Assembly: GCF_018977255.1 (NCBI RefSeq)
Contig: NW_024704742.1
Location: forward strand, 94,180,001 to 94,244,000
DNA from: Callorhinchus milii
Lineage: Eukaryota
Length of the DNA: 64,000 bases
Reading direction: 5' to 3'
A program made the position numbers and the translations under genes. Of this stretch, positions 1 to 10,341 are shown in pieces. The notes beneath the pieces are model-generated. The model saw nothing but the letters and a program-made list of their open reading frames with translations. It had not been told where the DNA came from and did not search any database. Position 1 is the first letter of the stretch. Each line of letters begins with the position of its first letter.

Positions 1-183
1 CAGACAGATGGGACCTTGGTTTAGTGTCTCATTCAAAGGACGGCACCTCTAACAATGCAACACACCACCAGCACTGCATTGGAATGTCATCTTAGACTGA
101 GATTGAAAGTCCCAATTTGGGGCTTGAACCCACAACCTTCTGACTCAAAGATGAGAGTACTACCAATACTCCAGACTGACACC
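1..183 (-). mobile_element. Ancient tRNA-headed Deu-domain SINE (SacSINE1/AmnSINE1-like), 5' part
   Basis: Reverse strand has a degenerate tRNA head (box B-like GGTTCAAGCC) followed by AGAGGTGCCGTCCTTTGAATGAGACACTAAACCAAGGTCCC, which resembles the Deu domain. Confidence 0.7.
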
Positions 184-224
184 TAAAGCCTGTTTAGTAT
201 TTGATATGTGAACAATAATCCTGT

Positions 225-898
225 GGAGTCCTGTAGCTAAGGTTAGTTCAGCAGCATTATTTTAGCGAATTTATATTTACTTTGAAATGCGAGTATCAAC
301 CAGCATTTAGCATGATAAAAGTGTGGATTGACAACCAGTGTCTGTGTTCTGAAACATTTGTGATTTGATCAGATAAGTACTAAAGTGCCTGAGACAGAGT
401 GGTTCAGGATTATAATCCTTGCATTTGATATAGCGTGGTTAGAGCACTTGCCTTGCAAGCAAGACACCTGGGTTCAATTCCAGGCAGGGCGAAACCTTGG
501 GCAAGTTTCCTTACTCCATACGCCTAATACTAATCCCTCCAAAACAAAACAATAATAAATTGGTCATTTTCAATCCATGACTGTTTTGGGACACTGCTGT
601 GTGCAATCGGTTGCCGCGTTTTGCCCACAAATATACAGTCAATTCATTTTACAGTCTATTCTGCGAAGCGCTTTGAGACGTTGAGAAGACGTGAAAAGCG
701 CTATATCAAATGCAAAGATTATAATACTGAACCACTGTGTCTCAGGCACATCAGTAATTATCTGATCAAATCACAAATGTTTCAGAACACAGACACTGGT
801 TGTCAATCCACACTTTTATCATGCTAAATGCTGGTTGATACTCGCATTTCAAAGTAAATATAAATTCGCTAAAATAATGTTGCTGAACAACTTTAGCT
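225..898 (+). mobile_element. tRNA(Ala)-derived SINE with an extended 3' tail; head interrupted by an inverted copy of the tail
   Basis: GGAGTCCTGTAGCT at 225-238. The SINE resumes at ~435 (GTGGTTAGAGCAC...), reaches its tail at ~720, and the extension runs to ~898. Confidence 0.88.
235..898. repeat. ~200 bp inverted repeat (arms 235-435 and 699-898) around a ~263 bp spacer
   Basis: Manual alignment shows about 9 differences over ~200 bp, with a central block of ~120 bp identical. Confidence 0.93.
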
Positions 899-1422
899 CT
901 AATGTTAGAGCAAGGTTGAGAACAGGATGACTGGGGGAATCAGATTTTTTTTGTCAGCAGGATGTCTGACAATGCAGAAACCCATCACCATGCTTCAGAG
1001 AATCCAAACCAGAGGGAGTTTCACATATGGATGTAACCTGCACATACATATCTGCGTACATAAATACAATAATATAACTGTAGAAAGTTGCCCTTGGGAA
1101 GCCTAAACTTGTGCTCTCTTGTCTCGCTGTGTATTTTTACTTTCTTTATCCTGTTAAACATTCTCTAAAGCTTTGACAACTGGGTTAGGTTGAGATAACA
1201 GGTGATGCTTACTGTTAATCAGAGAGTTGTTCTGGGTTTACTTTCTCCATCTTGTAAGCATCTGATATACCTCTAAAAGCTCCTCCTGAGACTTATATTT
1301 TCATTTTTCATAGGGAATGCCATGTTTGTCACTCTGACTTGTGAGACATCTGATCCAAATTGATCTGATTCAGAGCCAAAGTCTCACGGAGCAATCTGAT
1401 ATGCATGGGTTTCCTTGCAGAG

Positions 1423-1551
1423 AACAACAACAGGATTTCATTTATAGAGCGCCTTTCACATCGGGAGGATGTCCCAAGGCGCTGGACAGTTGGGTCAGGA
1501 CCCGAGCAGGGGGTAAATGGTCAGGGTGAGGGGAGGGAAGGGAGGGAGCGA
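1423..1551 (-). mobile_element. Short 5'-truncated L2 LINE 3' end (same subfamily as 45349-46930)
   Basis: (CAA)n tail plus a close reverse match to 46790-46910. Confidence 0.8.
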
Positions 1552-2828
1552 ACATCTATGTAGTGAGGTGGATTTTTTTCCAGTAATGCTATCACTTTCC
1601 CAAGGAGCGCTTTTTAAGCCTCTCTAAAGCTTTGAGAAGAGCGTTTTTTGAGGTATTATATAAATAGGTTTCTTTGCACTTCCTTATTCATTCTTTGATT
1701 TTTTTTTATAAGCATCCCCATATTCTAAATGCATTTGAAATGCACTTTCTAACAAGGGAAATGTAATTTTGGAAAGCTGTGAGCATTCTGCACTCAACCA
1801 TTCCTTATTTGGGGCATTTCTGACTCAAGTAATACAACACAATCTGGTCCAGCTTAGATCCAATATTAGATCCCAAGAGTCTAGGCAAGACTGTGAGTAA
1901 AAAAAACTCCATACTGTGTTTGGAAGGGATGTACTTTGAGCAACAACAACTTGGTTGAGCAAAAGACAACATGTTGGCAAGTGTTGAATGCTGGTATACT
2001 GACAATAAAGGATGGAGAATTCAATGTGCAGAACTCCTCTTCAATAAATATCACCAACGTTGCATCAACTGATTGAATGTGAATGATTTAGCCATAAATA
2101 GCAACCGATCTGGATATTAAAAATAGCTTTTGTATCCATTTAACACATACAGCCCTTTTGTGTTCTTAAAAAACCCATAGTGAATTTAATAGGGAAATCA
2201 TTTTATGGAAAAAAGCTCCTTTTTAACACTTTCTTTCACTATTAATTTTCCATTACTTCCTCTCATCACAGGCGTTGATGGTATTGGTTTCATCTTTCAT
2301 AATAGATCTGTATCAATATCTGATTGAGAACAATATTGGAAGAGAAAATTGAAATGAACTAATTTTCTAAGTAGCACAGTGATCAATGACATCTATGCTA
2401 CTGGGAAGGGAGGGGGTGGGGGGGGTAAAGAAAGAGAGAAAGAAAAATGTACTCTGTAAAGGAGGCCTGGTTTGAATAGTGGAGATGAAAGATCACAAGT
2501 ATTCCAGAATGTATGAGCGTTTACCCTGGAGATTAAATCTCCATGTGGAACTCCCCCAGGGGATAGAGTGAGTTGGGTAATATTCAAGTTAGGGTAGGTT
2601 TGGCATTGACAGGGGAGGAAGCAAGATAAATGGCTTTCTTCATTATATTTTCTTATCCTCTGAAAGGATAAATTATGTAAATGTTACTTTTAATTTTTTT
2701 TAACCATGAATAGAACTGTTGTTAAGAAAATCACTTGTACATGCTTCTTTATTATCCTCCTCATTTAGAAAACTTTATAAGTATGTGAAAACAAGCCGTT
2801 TTCAAAATAATCCAAAGTTAAATGGTAC

Positions 2829-3018
2829 CTTTTGTGCATCTGCCCAAAGCACGTCTTCCAAGTAGGTGGCGAAGCCTTCACTTATCCACTCCTCCGTCCA
2901 GTCTCGAGCACCAATTGCAAGCCCAAACCAGGCGTGAGCCACTTCGTGGCACAGTCGCACCCCGCACAGATGGTCCTTTCCAGACAACACAGACTGTGAC
3001 AGGAAGATGATGTGTGGG
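2829..3018 (-). CDS. AOPEP: Aminopeptidase O catalytic exon (190 bp) with the HEXXH-X18-E zinc-binding motif
   Basis: Acceptor tttttttttgacaag| and donor AAG|gtacca. Encodes (S)PHIIFLSQSVLSGKDHLCGVRLCHEVAHAWFGLAIGARDWTEEWISEGFATYLEDVLWADAQK. AG+C from the previous exon gives Ser in frame. HEVAH + 18 residues + E is the M1 gluzincin motif. Confidence 0.96.
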
Positions 3019-3294
3019 CTTGTCAAAAAAAACATTAACAACCAGTTACAACATGATCTTACTGCTTTATTATAAAATGAATTAATCTTACCTGTGAAAT
3101 TTCACAGAGTGAGTGCATGAGCAGTTATAACTGATCATAACTACAACGTCACCTCGCGTAAAGATGAACCTCATTGAACCAATAATTCACTGCATTAGAC
3201 ACGGCAGCAGTGTGCACATTGTAACTCCATAATGATACTGTATGCTGCTCAGGTATGGACCAAATTCATTGGAAATGCTTTTGTGAACCACCTC

Positions 3295-3662
3295 AAATGT
3301 ATTACTTGCCACAAAGTCTCAAAGTATTGGGAAGACACCTAAAGCGTCTTTCACAAGGTTTCCTGTGAAATGCACTGACTGCAAGTTGTTGGTGAACACA
3401 GATATGTGCCATAAACAGCCACAAAGGGAATGATTAACTTTATCTGGGCCAGGACACTGGGAGCAATTCCCGTCTCTGCTTGAATGGTGGCATGGGATAT
3501 CTAACAGGCAGATGGGGCCTCAGTTTAACATCTCACCGAAGGACGGCACTTTCAGCAATACAGCACGCCCCCAGCACTGCATTGGAGCAGCAGCCTACAC
3601 TGTGAATTGAAAAGTCCTTTCTGACTCAGGTGAGAAAGCCATCAACTAAACCAGGCTGACAC
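3295..3662 (-). mobile_element. Ancient Deu-domain SINE
   Basis: ggcctcagtttaacatctcaccgaaggacggcac motif and a degenerate tRNA head ending at 3662; similar to 1-183. Confidence 0.65.
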
Positions 3663-4189
3663 TTTAAGAGTCAATTTGATGAATTAAAATAATTGCAGTT
3701 TATTTTAGCTTAAAACCTACTAACAAAGCCCCACCGATTATGGTATCCTGCTGATCGATCTGCTGCGATTCACAGCATCTTCTTTGAAATAGCTAATTTT
3801 CTTTGAAATAACTAATTTTATTTGAAATATTTTCTATTTACCCCCTGATGTTTGGGCAGATCATGATTTTCATAAGAGAATCAATTACATTATTGGACTG
3901 ACACCAAGTTTTGATTGCTTTGAATGTTGACATTTCAGTCTGACGGAGAATCTGTAATCAAATCAGATATTCAGGCTAACCTGACAGGTTTCCAACTGCA
4001 CAAAAGAAATTAGGTAACATTAAGATTCTAACATGTACTTTTCTCTCGCTCTCTCTCTCTACTCCCAGTATTGAACAGAAATACATATATAACATCATTT
4101 GTAGTTTAGAAAAGTAAATGAGCTTTATGTTATATCAATTGTATTTTTGGTCTCCCAGGCATCTAAAACATATTGGAATTTGTCACCAA

Positions 4190-4410
4190 GCTTAAGCATA
4201 TGCAAACCAGACTCAGAGTTTCACATAGACATGCCACCTACACTCTGAATTTTCCTTGTGAAATGGAATGTACACCTTCTCCCTGGAGGGACGTGGCCTG
4301 CTTACCTAATTTGAATATTAGGCGCAGGTTGGCAAGAGCCAAGGCGTGTGCACCCCCCCCCCCACCACCCACCCCTCAGAGTGTGCATGGGGTTACTGCT
4401 GGAGTTCAAC
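4190..4410 (-). repeat. Fragment of the unclassified ~0.6 kb dispersed repeat
   Basis: Reverse match to 44890-45050 (ttaggcgcaggttggcaagagccaagg). Confidence 0.75.
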
Positions 4411-5301
4411 AACCTGTAATTGCATTTTTATTGTCAACAAAATTAAAATAGTAAATGTTTGTCTTTTTACAAGCAGTTTACTTATTTTTCATTTCAATAT
4501 AAAAAAGTACCAAAATGCATCAATAATAATAAAACAGGCAGAACTGATCTATGTACTCTGTAATCATTTGCCTACAAAAACAATCACTACCACTACACTT
4601 TACAGTAAATCCGTGAAATGCTTTGAGACTTCCTCCACATGCGGAAGATTCTATATCATACGTAAGGTTTATTATTATTAGCATCTTCCTTACACAAATG
4701 AAGTTGATTTTTTTTAGATCATTATCCCTTATCTTGATAGTACTGTACTATTAATTTAGGTTTGATCTTCCTTGTGATTGAGGTGAACATGAAGTGACTA
4801 CCTTGCTGTCCTTATTTCAAAAAACGTGGAGTCTTTTGTTCTGTTATCCTGCCTTACATTCCCCTCCACATTCAAATTCACATTAATTGGCCACTTGACA
4901 CATTACTGTTTTTATGGGGCATTGCAGGCTCAGATTAGCTGCCACATTTGCCGATATATAACAACATTCACTTTGATTTCCAATCAATTTTATTTTATAA
5001 AGCAATTCAAGACATTTATGTATTTGATGTGAAAGGTGCATGTCATTATTATTAAGTACATCGTTTCACCCGAATTATCCATCTTTTGTGCGCCACAGAT
5101 GAGACCTTTTTGACGATTTGTTATCATTAAATCGACAGAAGGGCAAATCAAAGTTAAAGATGTGGAAGAGATTAATATAAAGTACTTACTCTAAAGTTAT
5201 CTATATTGGCCTCAAGGTAACAGCCGAGATTGTGAGTTATTAAATACTGAATCCAACAAAGCAGTGATCCATCCTGCCAATACCCATGAGGGTCTGTCAG
5301 T

Positions 5302-6110
5302 CAACAACAACGACTCGCACTTATATAGCACCCTCCATGCAGGGTAGTATCTCAGAGCACTTAACAGTGGCAGAGCCTGACTCCGAGCCGGGGGAGGGGG
5401 GAGGAGGAGGTGACCGTAAGCACGGTCAAAGAGGAAGGTTTTCAGGCGGAACTTGAAAAAGCGAAGAGAGTGGGCGAGGCGGAGGGATTGAGGGAGAGTG
5501 TTCCAGAGTTTCGGGAGGTACTGGCTGAAAACGCGACCTCCAAGGTTGGGGCAGAGGGAGCGCAATGGTGCCAGGTGGTGGATTGGGGAGTGAGAAAGTC
5601 GGAGAGTTAGGGAGGTGCCAGAGAGTATTTGAACACGAGTGTGAGGATCTTGAAGTCGATCCGATCGGTGATGGAGAGCCAGTGGATCCTGGCCAGAACT
5701 GGTGAGATGTGGGTACGAAGTTTGGTTCGGGTCAGGTTTGGGTTGGTTTGGAGTCCTGTAGCTCAGTGGTTAGAGCACTCGCTTTGCAAGCGAGAGACCT
5801 GAGTTGAATTCCAGGCAGGGCGAAACCTTGGGCAAGTTTCCTTACTCCACACACCTAATAATAATCCCTCCAAAAACAATAATAAATTGGTCATTTTCAA
5901 TCTACGACTGTTTTGGGACATTACTGTGCGCAATTAGCTGCCGCATTCACCCACAAATATACAGTCAATTCACTTTACAGTGTGTTCTGTGAAGCGCTTT
6001 GGGACGTCCTCCCGACGTGAAAAGCGCTATATCAAATGTAAGGATTATTATTATTATTATTATAGTATGCAGGCAGCAGAGTTCTGAATGAGCTGGATCT
6101 TTTGATTAGT
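5302..6110 (-). mobile_element. L2 LINE 3' fragment interrupted by a SINE
   Basis: (CAA)n tail at 5302; translation includes PKLWNTLPQSLRLA..FKFRLKTFLF; the L2 continues at 6064-6110 after the SINE. Confidence 0.75.
5750..6063 (+). mobile_element. Young tRNA(Ala)-derived SINE
   Basis: Box A TAGCTCAGTGG, anticodon arm CTCGC-TTTGCAA-GCGAG, box B-like sequence, L2-like 3' stem-loop and (TTA)n tail. Confidence 0.92.
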
Positions 6111-6261
6111 GGATAAAAAGTAAAAGGCTGTCAGTCCTTTGCAATTAGATATTCTACCATCGCCTTCTGTAAAGGGACTAGTCGATTATTTTTTAAACAT
6201 GATGGAATGATATTGTGTACGGCAACAGCTGATACCGAGTTTAGACTGTAGACTTATAAAG

Positions 6262-6430
6262 TTCATAGAATCATAGAATTATAGAATTATACAGCACAGA
6301 AGGAGACCATTCGGCCCATCATGTCTTTTTGCCGGCTCTTTGAAAAGAGCTGTCCAATTCAATCCCACTCTCCAGCTCTCACCATAGCCCTGCAAACTTG
6401 TCCTCCCCAAATAATTATCTTCTGGCTTTA
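6262..6430 (-). mobile_element. CR1 LINE 3' end fragment
   Basis: (CATAGAAT)n tail followed by acagcacagaaggagaccattcggccc; a near-identical fragment lies at 7426-7625. Confidence 0.7.
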
Positions 6431-6690
6431 AATATAATTATGATGCACAGCATGATGTCCTCATATTAAAAAAATTGCCTGGAATTTAAAAGCTAAAAAA
6501 AAGTTAAAGCTGTACATTTATAAAATAAAGCAATGGTGGTAAGTGAGGCAGCCCCAGTGGCACAATGAAATACGATTCTTCAATACCTTTGGATTATATT
6601 AATATTAGATCACTGTGGAAGCAAGTGTTCAACACTACCAGCGTGGGCAAGTTGACAGCCATTTTGTTACACAGCAACATCTTATAAGCT

Positions 6691-7419
6691 GGGCCAATAG
6701 AAAAGTGCAGATATATTTGCCCAAAATTGCAGGCAGATTTGCAAACCGGGAGCATTTTTGACACATTTTGCAGAAAGTTGCAGGGAGTTGACTGGTGTTA
6801 TTGAGGTCCATTTTACTGTCAAACTACATTTTTTTGCTTTATTGATAAAAACTAAACATGAGGGAAAACACATATTGGATTGTTGCAAAAAAAAATATTA
6901 ATGACTTCTTTAACATGAACTGAGTGGCCCTTTTTGGGGGGACGGGGGGAACACCAGCGAGGCTACAGGATCTCACCACCTCCTGCCTCTCAGGGCTGGC
7001 ACTGCACACCAAAGACCCAGAGAGAGATACACACACACACACAGAGACACACATACTCATAGACACAGAGAAAGATACACATTCTTACAAAGAGAGAGAG
7101 AAAGACACGCTCATAGACACAGATATACACACAGACAGAGGAGAGACACACATACACATAGAGACACTCAGAAATACACACATATAAAAGAGACACACGC
7201 AGACAAACTCACAAACATACAAACAGAGGAGACAAACACACAAACACACTCACACAGAGACCCTCACAAACAACAATAACAACAAGTTTACATTTGTATA
7301 GCGCCTTTCATGTCGGGAGGACGTCCAACAGACACACATACAGAGGAAAGCGGATTCCACTGTAGCGGATTTGTAGTGGATTCCATTGAAAAGGTGCGGC
7401 CGCACTTTTCTGTTGGCCC
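6691..7419. mobile_element. Non-autonomous DNA transposon (MITE-like, possibly PIF/Harbinger) with an internal CA/GA microsatellite
   Basis: Terminal inverted repeats GGGCCAATAGAAAAGTGC (6691) and GCACTTTTCTGTTGGCCC (to 7419), 17/18 matching. A second partial copy lies at 49125-49690. Confidence 0.72.
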
Positions 7420-7425
7420 AGGTTG

Positions 7426-7625
7426 ATAGAATTATACAACATAGAAGGAGACCATTCGGCCCATCGTGTCTATGCCGGCTCTTTGAAAAGAGCTATCCAA
7501 ATCACTCTCGCTCTCTCCCCATAGCCCTGCAAGCTTTTCCTCCCCAAATAATTATCTATTTCTCTTTTAAAAGCTGTTATTGAATCAGCTTCCACCACCC
7601 TTTCAGGCAATGCATTCCAGATTAT
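7426..7625 (-). mobile_element. CR1 LINE 3' end fragment
   Basis: Same sequence family as 6262-6430. Confidence 0.7.
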
Positions 7626-7629
7626 AAGC

Positions 7630-7986
7630 CATCAGGTGAATGACCAATTTTCTGGAGGGCTGATGGCCAGGATTGCCAACAGGAGAAACTGCCTTCTGTT
7701 TTTGAAATAGTGCCATGGGATTGTTAACAGCAACAACAACAACCACTTGCATTTACATAGTGCTCTTCAAGCAGGATAGCATCTTGCAGCATTGAGAACC
7801 ATCTGAACAGGCAGACAGGGCCTCAATTCAATGTCTCATACAAAGGACCACACCTGAAATAATATAGCACTATCCCAAAACTGCACTGGGGTGTCAATCT
7901 AAACTGTGACCTGAAACCTTAAATGTCGGTCTTGGACACATGACGTTCTGACCCACTAACCAGCATAAGTGATCCATGCTGACACC
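7630..7986 (-). mobile_element. Ancient Deu-domain SINE (with an L2 tail insertion at ~7730-7790)
   Basis: cagacagggcctcaattcaatgtctcatacaaaggaccacacc and a head ending gctgacacc. Confidence 0.6.
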
Positions 7987-8899
7987 CAACAACATCATTA
8001 TAGGCAAAACAATAGTTCCACATGTTTTAAGCCAATTGTTTTACTGTGAAAATTACAGCTGCTCCTACAGTTGTGAAGGCAACATGGGAAAATAAATTAG
8101 ATTAACAAATACTTTAAATAGAACTACACAGTCACATAATCTAATAGTAATATTTCTGTCAAATATAGTAATTACCCAGGTTGTAGCGTACTGTTCTGTG
8201 CCCAATTACTTTGCAGCATCTTGCAAATCAAGACCCAATTTCTTGTTCATTATCACCTAATTGTTTATGATGAATTATATCAATGCATACATTAACTGTA
8301 TCCTGCATCAAAATTCACCAATAAAATAGATTAATTGGTTGTTCATTTCATTTCTGTTAATGGATGCTGCTGGCACAGATTACCTGCTGCACATCTGACT
8401 GCACAGCAGTTAATAAACTTCAAATAAAATGTAAATTCACTTTGAGACATTTTGACATGCTAATGCGCTGCATCAAATCCAAGGATTATTACAACCGTAA
8501 TTATTAATAATAAGAAATATCAGCTCACTCATTATCTTGAGGCATTTACACTGGAGGGAATAAACATGAAGAAAAGACAATTGTATTAGAAAAACAGAAG
8601 CCAACAAAATTAGATTGTGAACCTGGTGACACTGCTTATTATCGAAAATCATATTGAACTTTAGGCAGTGGTAGCAAAATGTTTATCTTGGGCTGTTTAT
8701 TCCATGACTCGTAGCATGAACAGAATTAAAGAATTAACAACCACAGGAATTTATCAAGTAAATAGGATTCCAGATATACATCATGCTCTGTATACATCCT
8801 GCTGTCATCGTTACATGTAATCAAATATTACAAAAACTGTACCATTACATCTTTATGTTAAAATTGCTTAACATTCTTGCACAAAATGAACAATTTTAT

Positions 8900-9165
8900 T
8901 TGGGGGATTGTTGGCCAAGATACCGGGAGAAACTATACACTCTTTTCAGGTACTGCCATAAGATCTTTAACATCCACCTGAACTGCAGACAGGACCTTTG
9001 TTTAACAGTTCATCTGAACAACAGCACCTCCGATGATGCAGCGTTTCCTCTAGTACTGCACTGGAGTATCAGCCTAGACTGAGTTCAAAGTCCCAACGTG
9101 GGGCTTGAACCCACAAGTTTTTGACTCAGAGGTGAGAGGGCTACCAACTGAGCCTTGCTGACACC
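8900..9165 (-). mobile_element. Ancient Deu-domain SINE
   Basis: Clear similarity to 1-183 (gggcttgaacccacaag...tgactcagaggtgagagggctaccaactgagcc...gctgacacc). Confidence 0.7.
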
Positions 9166-9531
9166 TAATAAGGTATAAAAGGGTAAAATAAGGTATATCT
9201 AGTAGGTAATACATATCTATAAGCAAAGAAGTAAAATGGGAATAATGAGGAATTTAGAAATAATAATAATCCTTGCATTTGATATAGCACCTTATTATAT
9301 CGTTGCGACATCTCAAAGCGTCTCACAGGATATACTGTAAAGTGAAATGAGTGTATATTTTGTGGACTAACCATGGCAGGACAGAGTGCATAGATTTAAT
9401 GGGCCAAATGAGCTGTTTCTGTCTAGTACGAGTAATGTGCCATAATATTACAGCAGTACAGTGCCATCTTTGCATCCTTCACTATAAAAATGTAGCCACA
9501 TTACAACATAATTATACAGTCCCTCATCTCT

Positions 9532-9851
9532 GGAGTTCTATAGCTCAGCGGCTAGAGCACTCACCTCGCAAGCGAGAGACCTTGGTTTGATTCCCGGCAG
9601 GGCAAAATGTAGGGCAAGTTTCTTCACTCTACACACGTCTGTTTACCTAGCAGTATGTAGGAACCCAGTTTTTAGTCGATTGGCGGATCGCTTTTCTAGG
9701 GGGTGATAATTCGTTCAAAAAAATAATAATAATGAATTGGTCACTTCAATCCACCACTGTTTGTGTGCAATGGCTGCCGTGTTTTGCCCACAAAATATAC
9801 AGTCAATTCACTTTATAGTATATTCTGTGAAGCACTTTATCAAATGCAACA

Positions 9852-9886
<35 letters not shown>
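9532..9886 (+). mobile_element. tRNA(Ala)-derived SINE, long (older) variant
   Basis: Same head and tail as the young SINE, with an extra ~55 bp segment (gtctgtttacctagcagtatgtaggaaccc...gattggcggatcgctttt). Confidence 0.85.
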
Positions 9887-10341
9887 CTGGGTTGGATGCA
9901 ATTCTACCTTAGGTATAGAAAGAAAGAGAAGGAAAAATGACTTCAAGGAATGGTTATTAAAATAGTGAGTAGAGAATACAATTGAATTTGTAAAGAATGG
10001 GGAAAACATTGTTAAGAGTAGAAGAAATTAACCAGGAAAGACAGACCAGATGTGATGCTACGCCAGTTAGTGCAACATATAAACAGTAAATGGGATTCAT
10101 TCAAATAGATTTGGAGAAGACGGGTCATGTTTGAAGACAAGATTCGTAAATGGTTATTGTTGACTAAGAGGCAGGAGACAAATTTGGGCAAAGAAAGAAA
10201 TGCAAATATAATGAACTTTAAAAAGAGACAAAAAAATGTTAAAGGATAAGCTTAAGAGTGATTTTACCAATGCAAAGAATATAGAGAAAAAATAGTAGAC
10301 GTAAAAAATTAAAATGACTGTAAGCAGAAGATAGGCAACTG

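Noticed and set aside
3781..3830. ~19 bp tandem repeat x2.5, considered as a CRISPR-like array
   Set aside because: It is a simple local duplication with no spacers, in a eukaryotic context.
5750..5825. tRNA-Ala(TGC) genes at SINE heads
   Set aside because: The anticodon arm is present but the acceptor stem is not properly formed, and every copy continues into the SINE body. These are SINE heads, not tRNA genes.
6839..7196. Cys/Val- and Thr/His-rich ORFs (also 49208-49522)
   Set aside because: Microsatellite translation artefacts.
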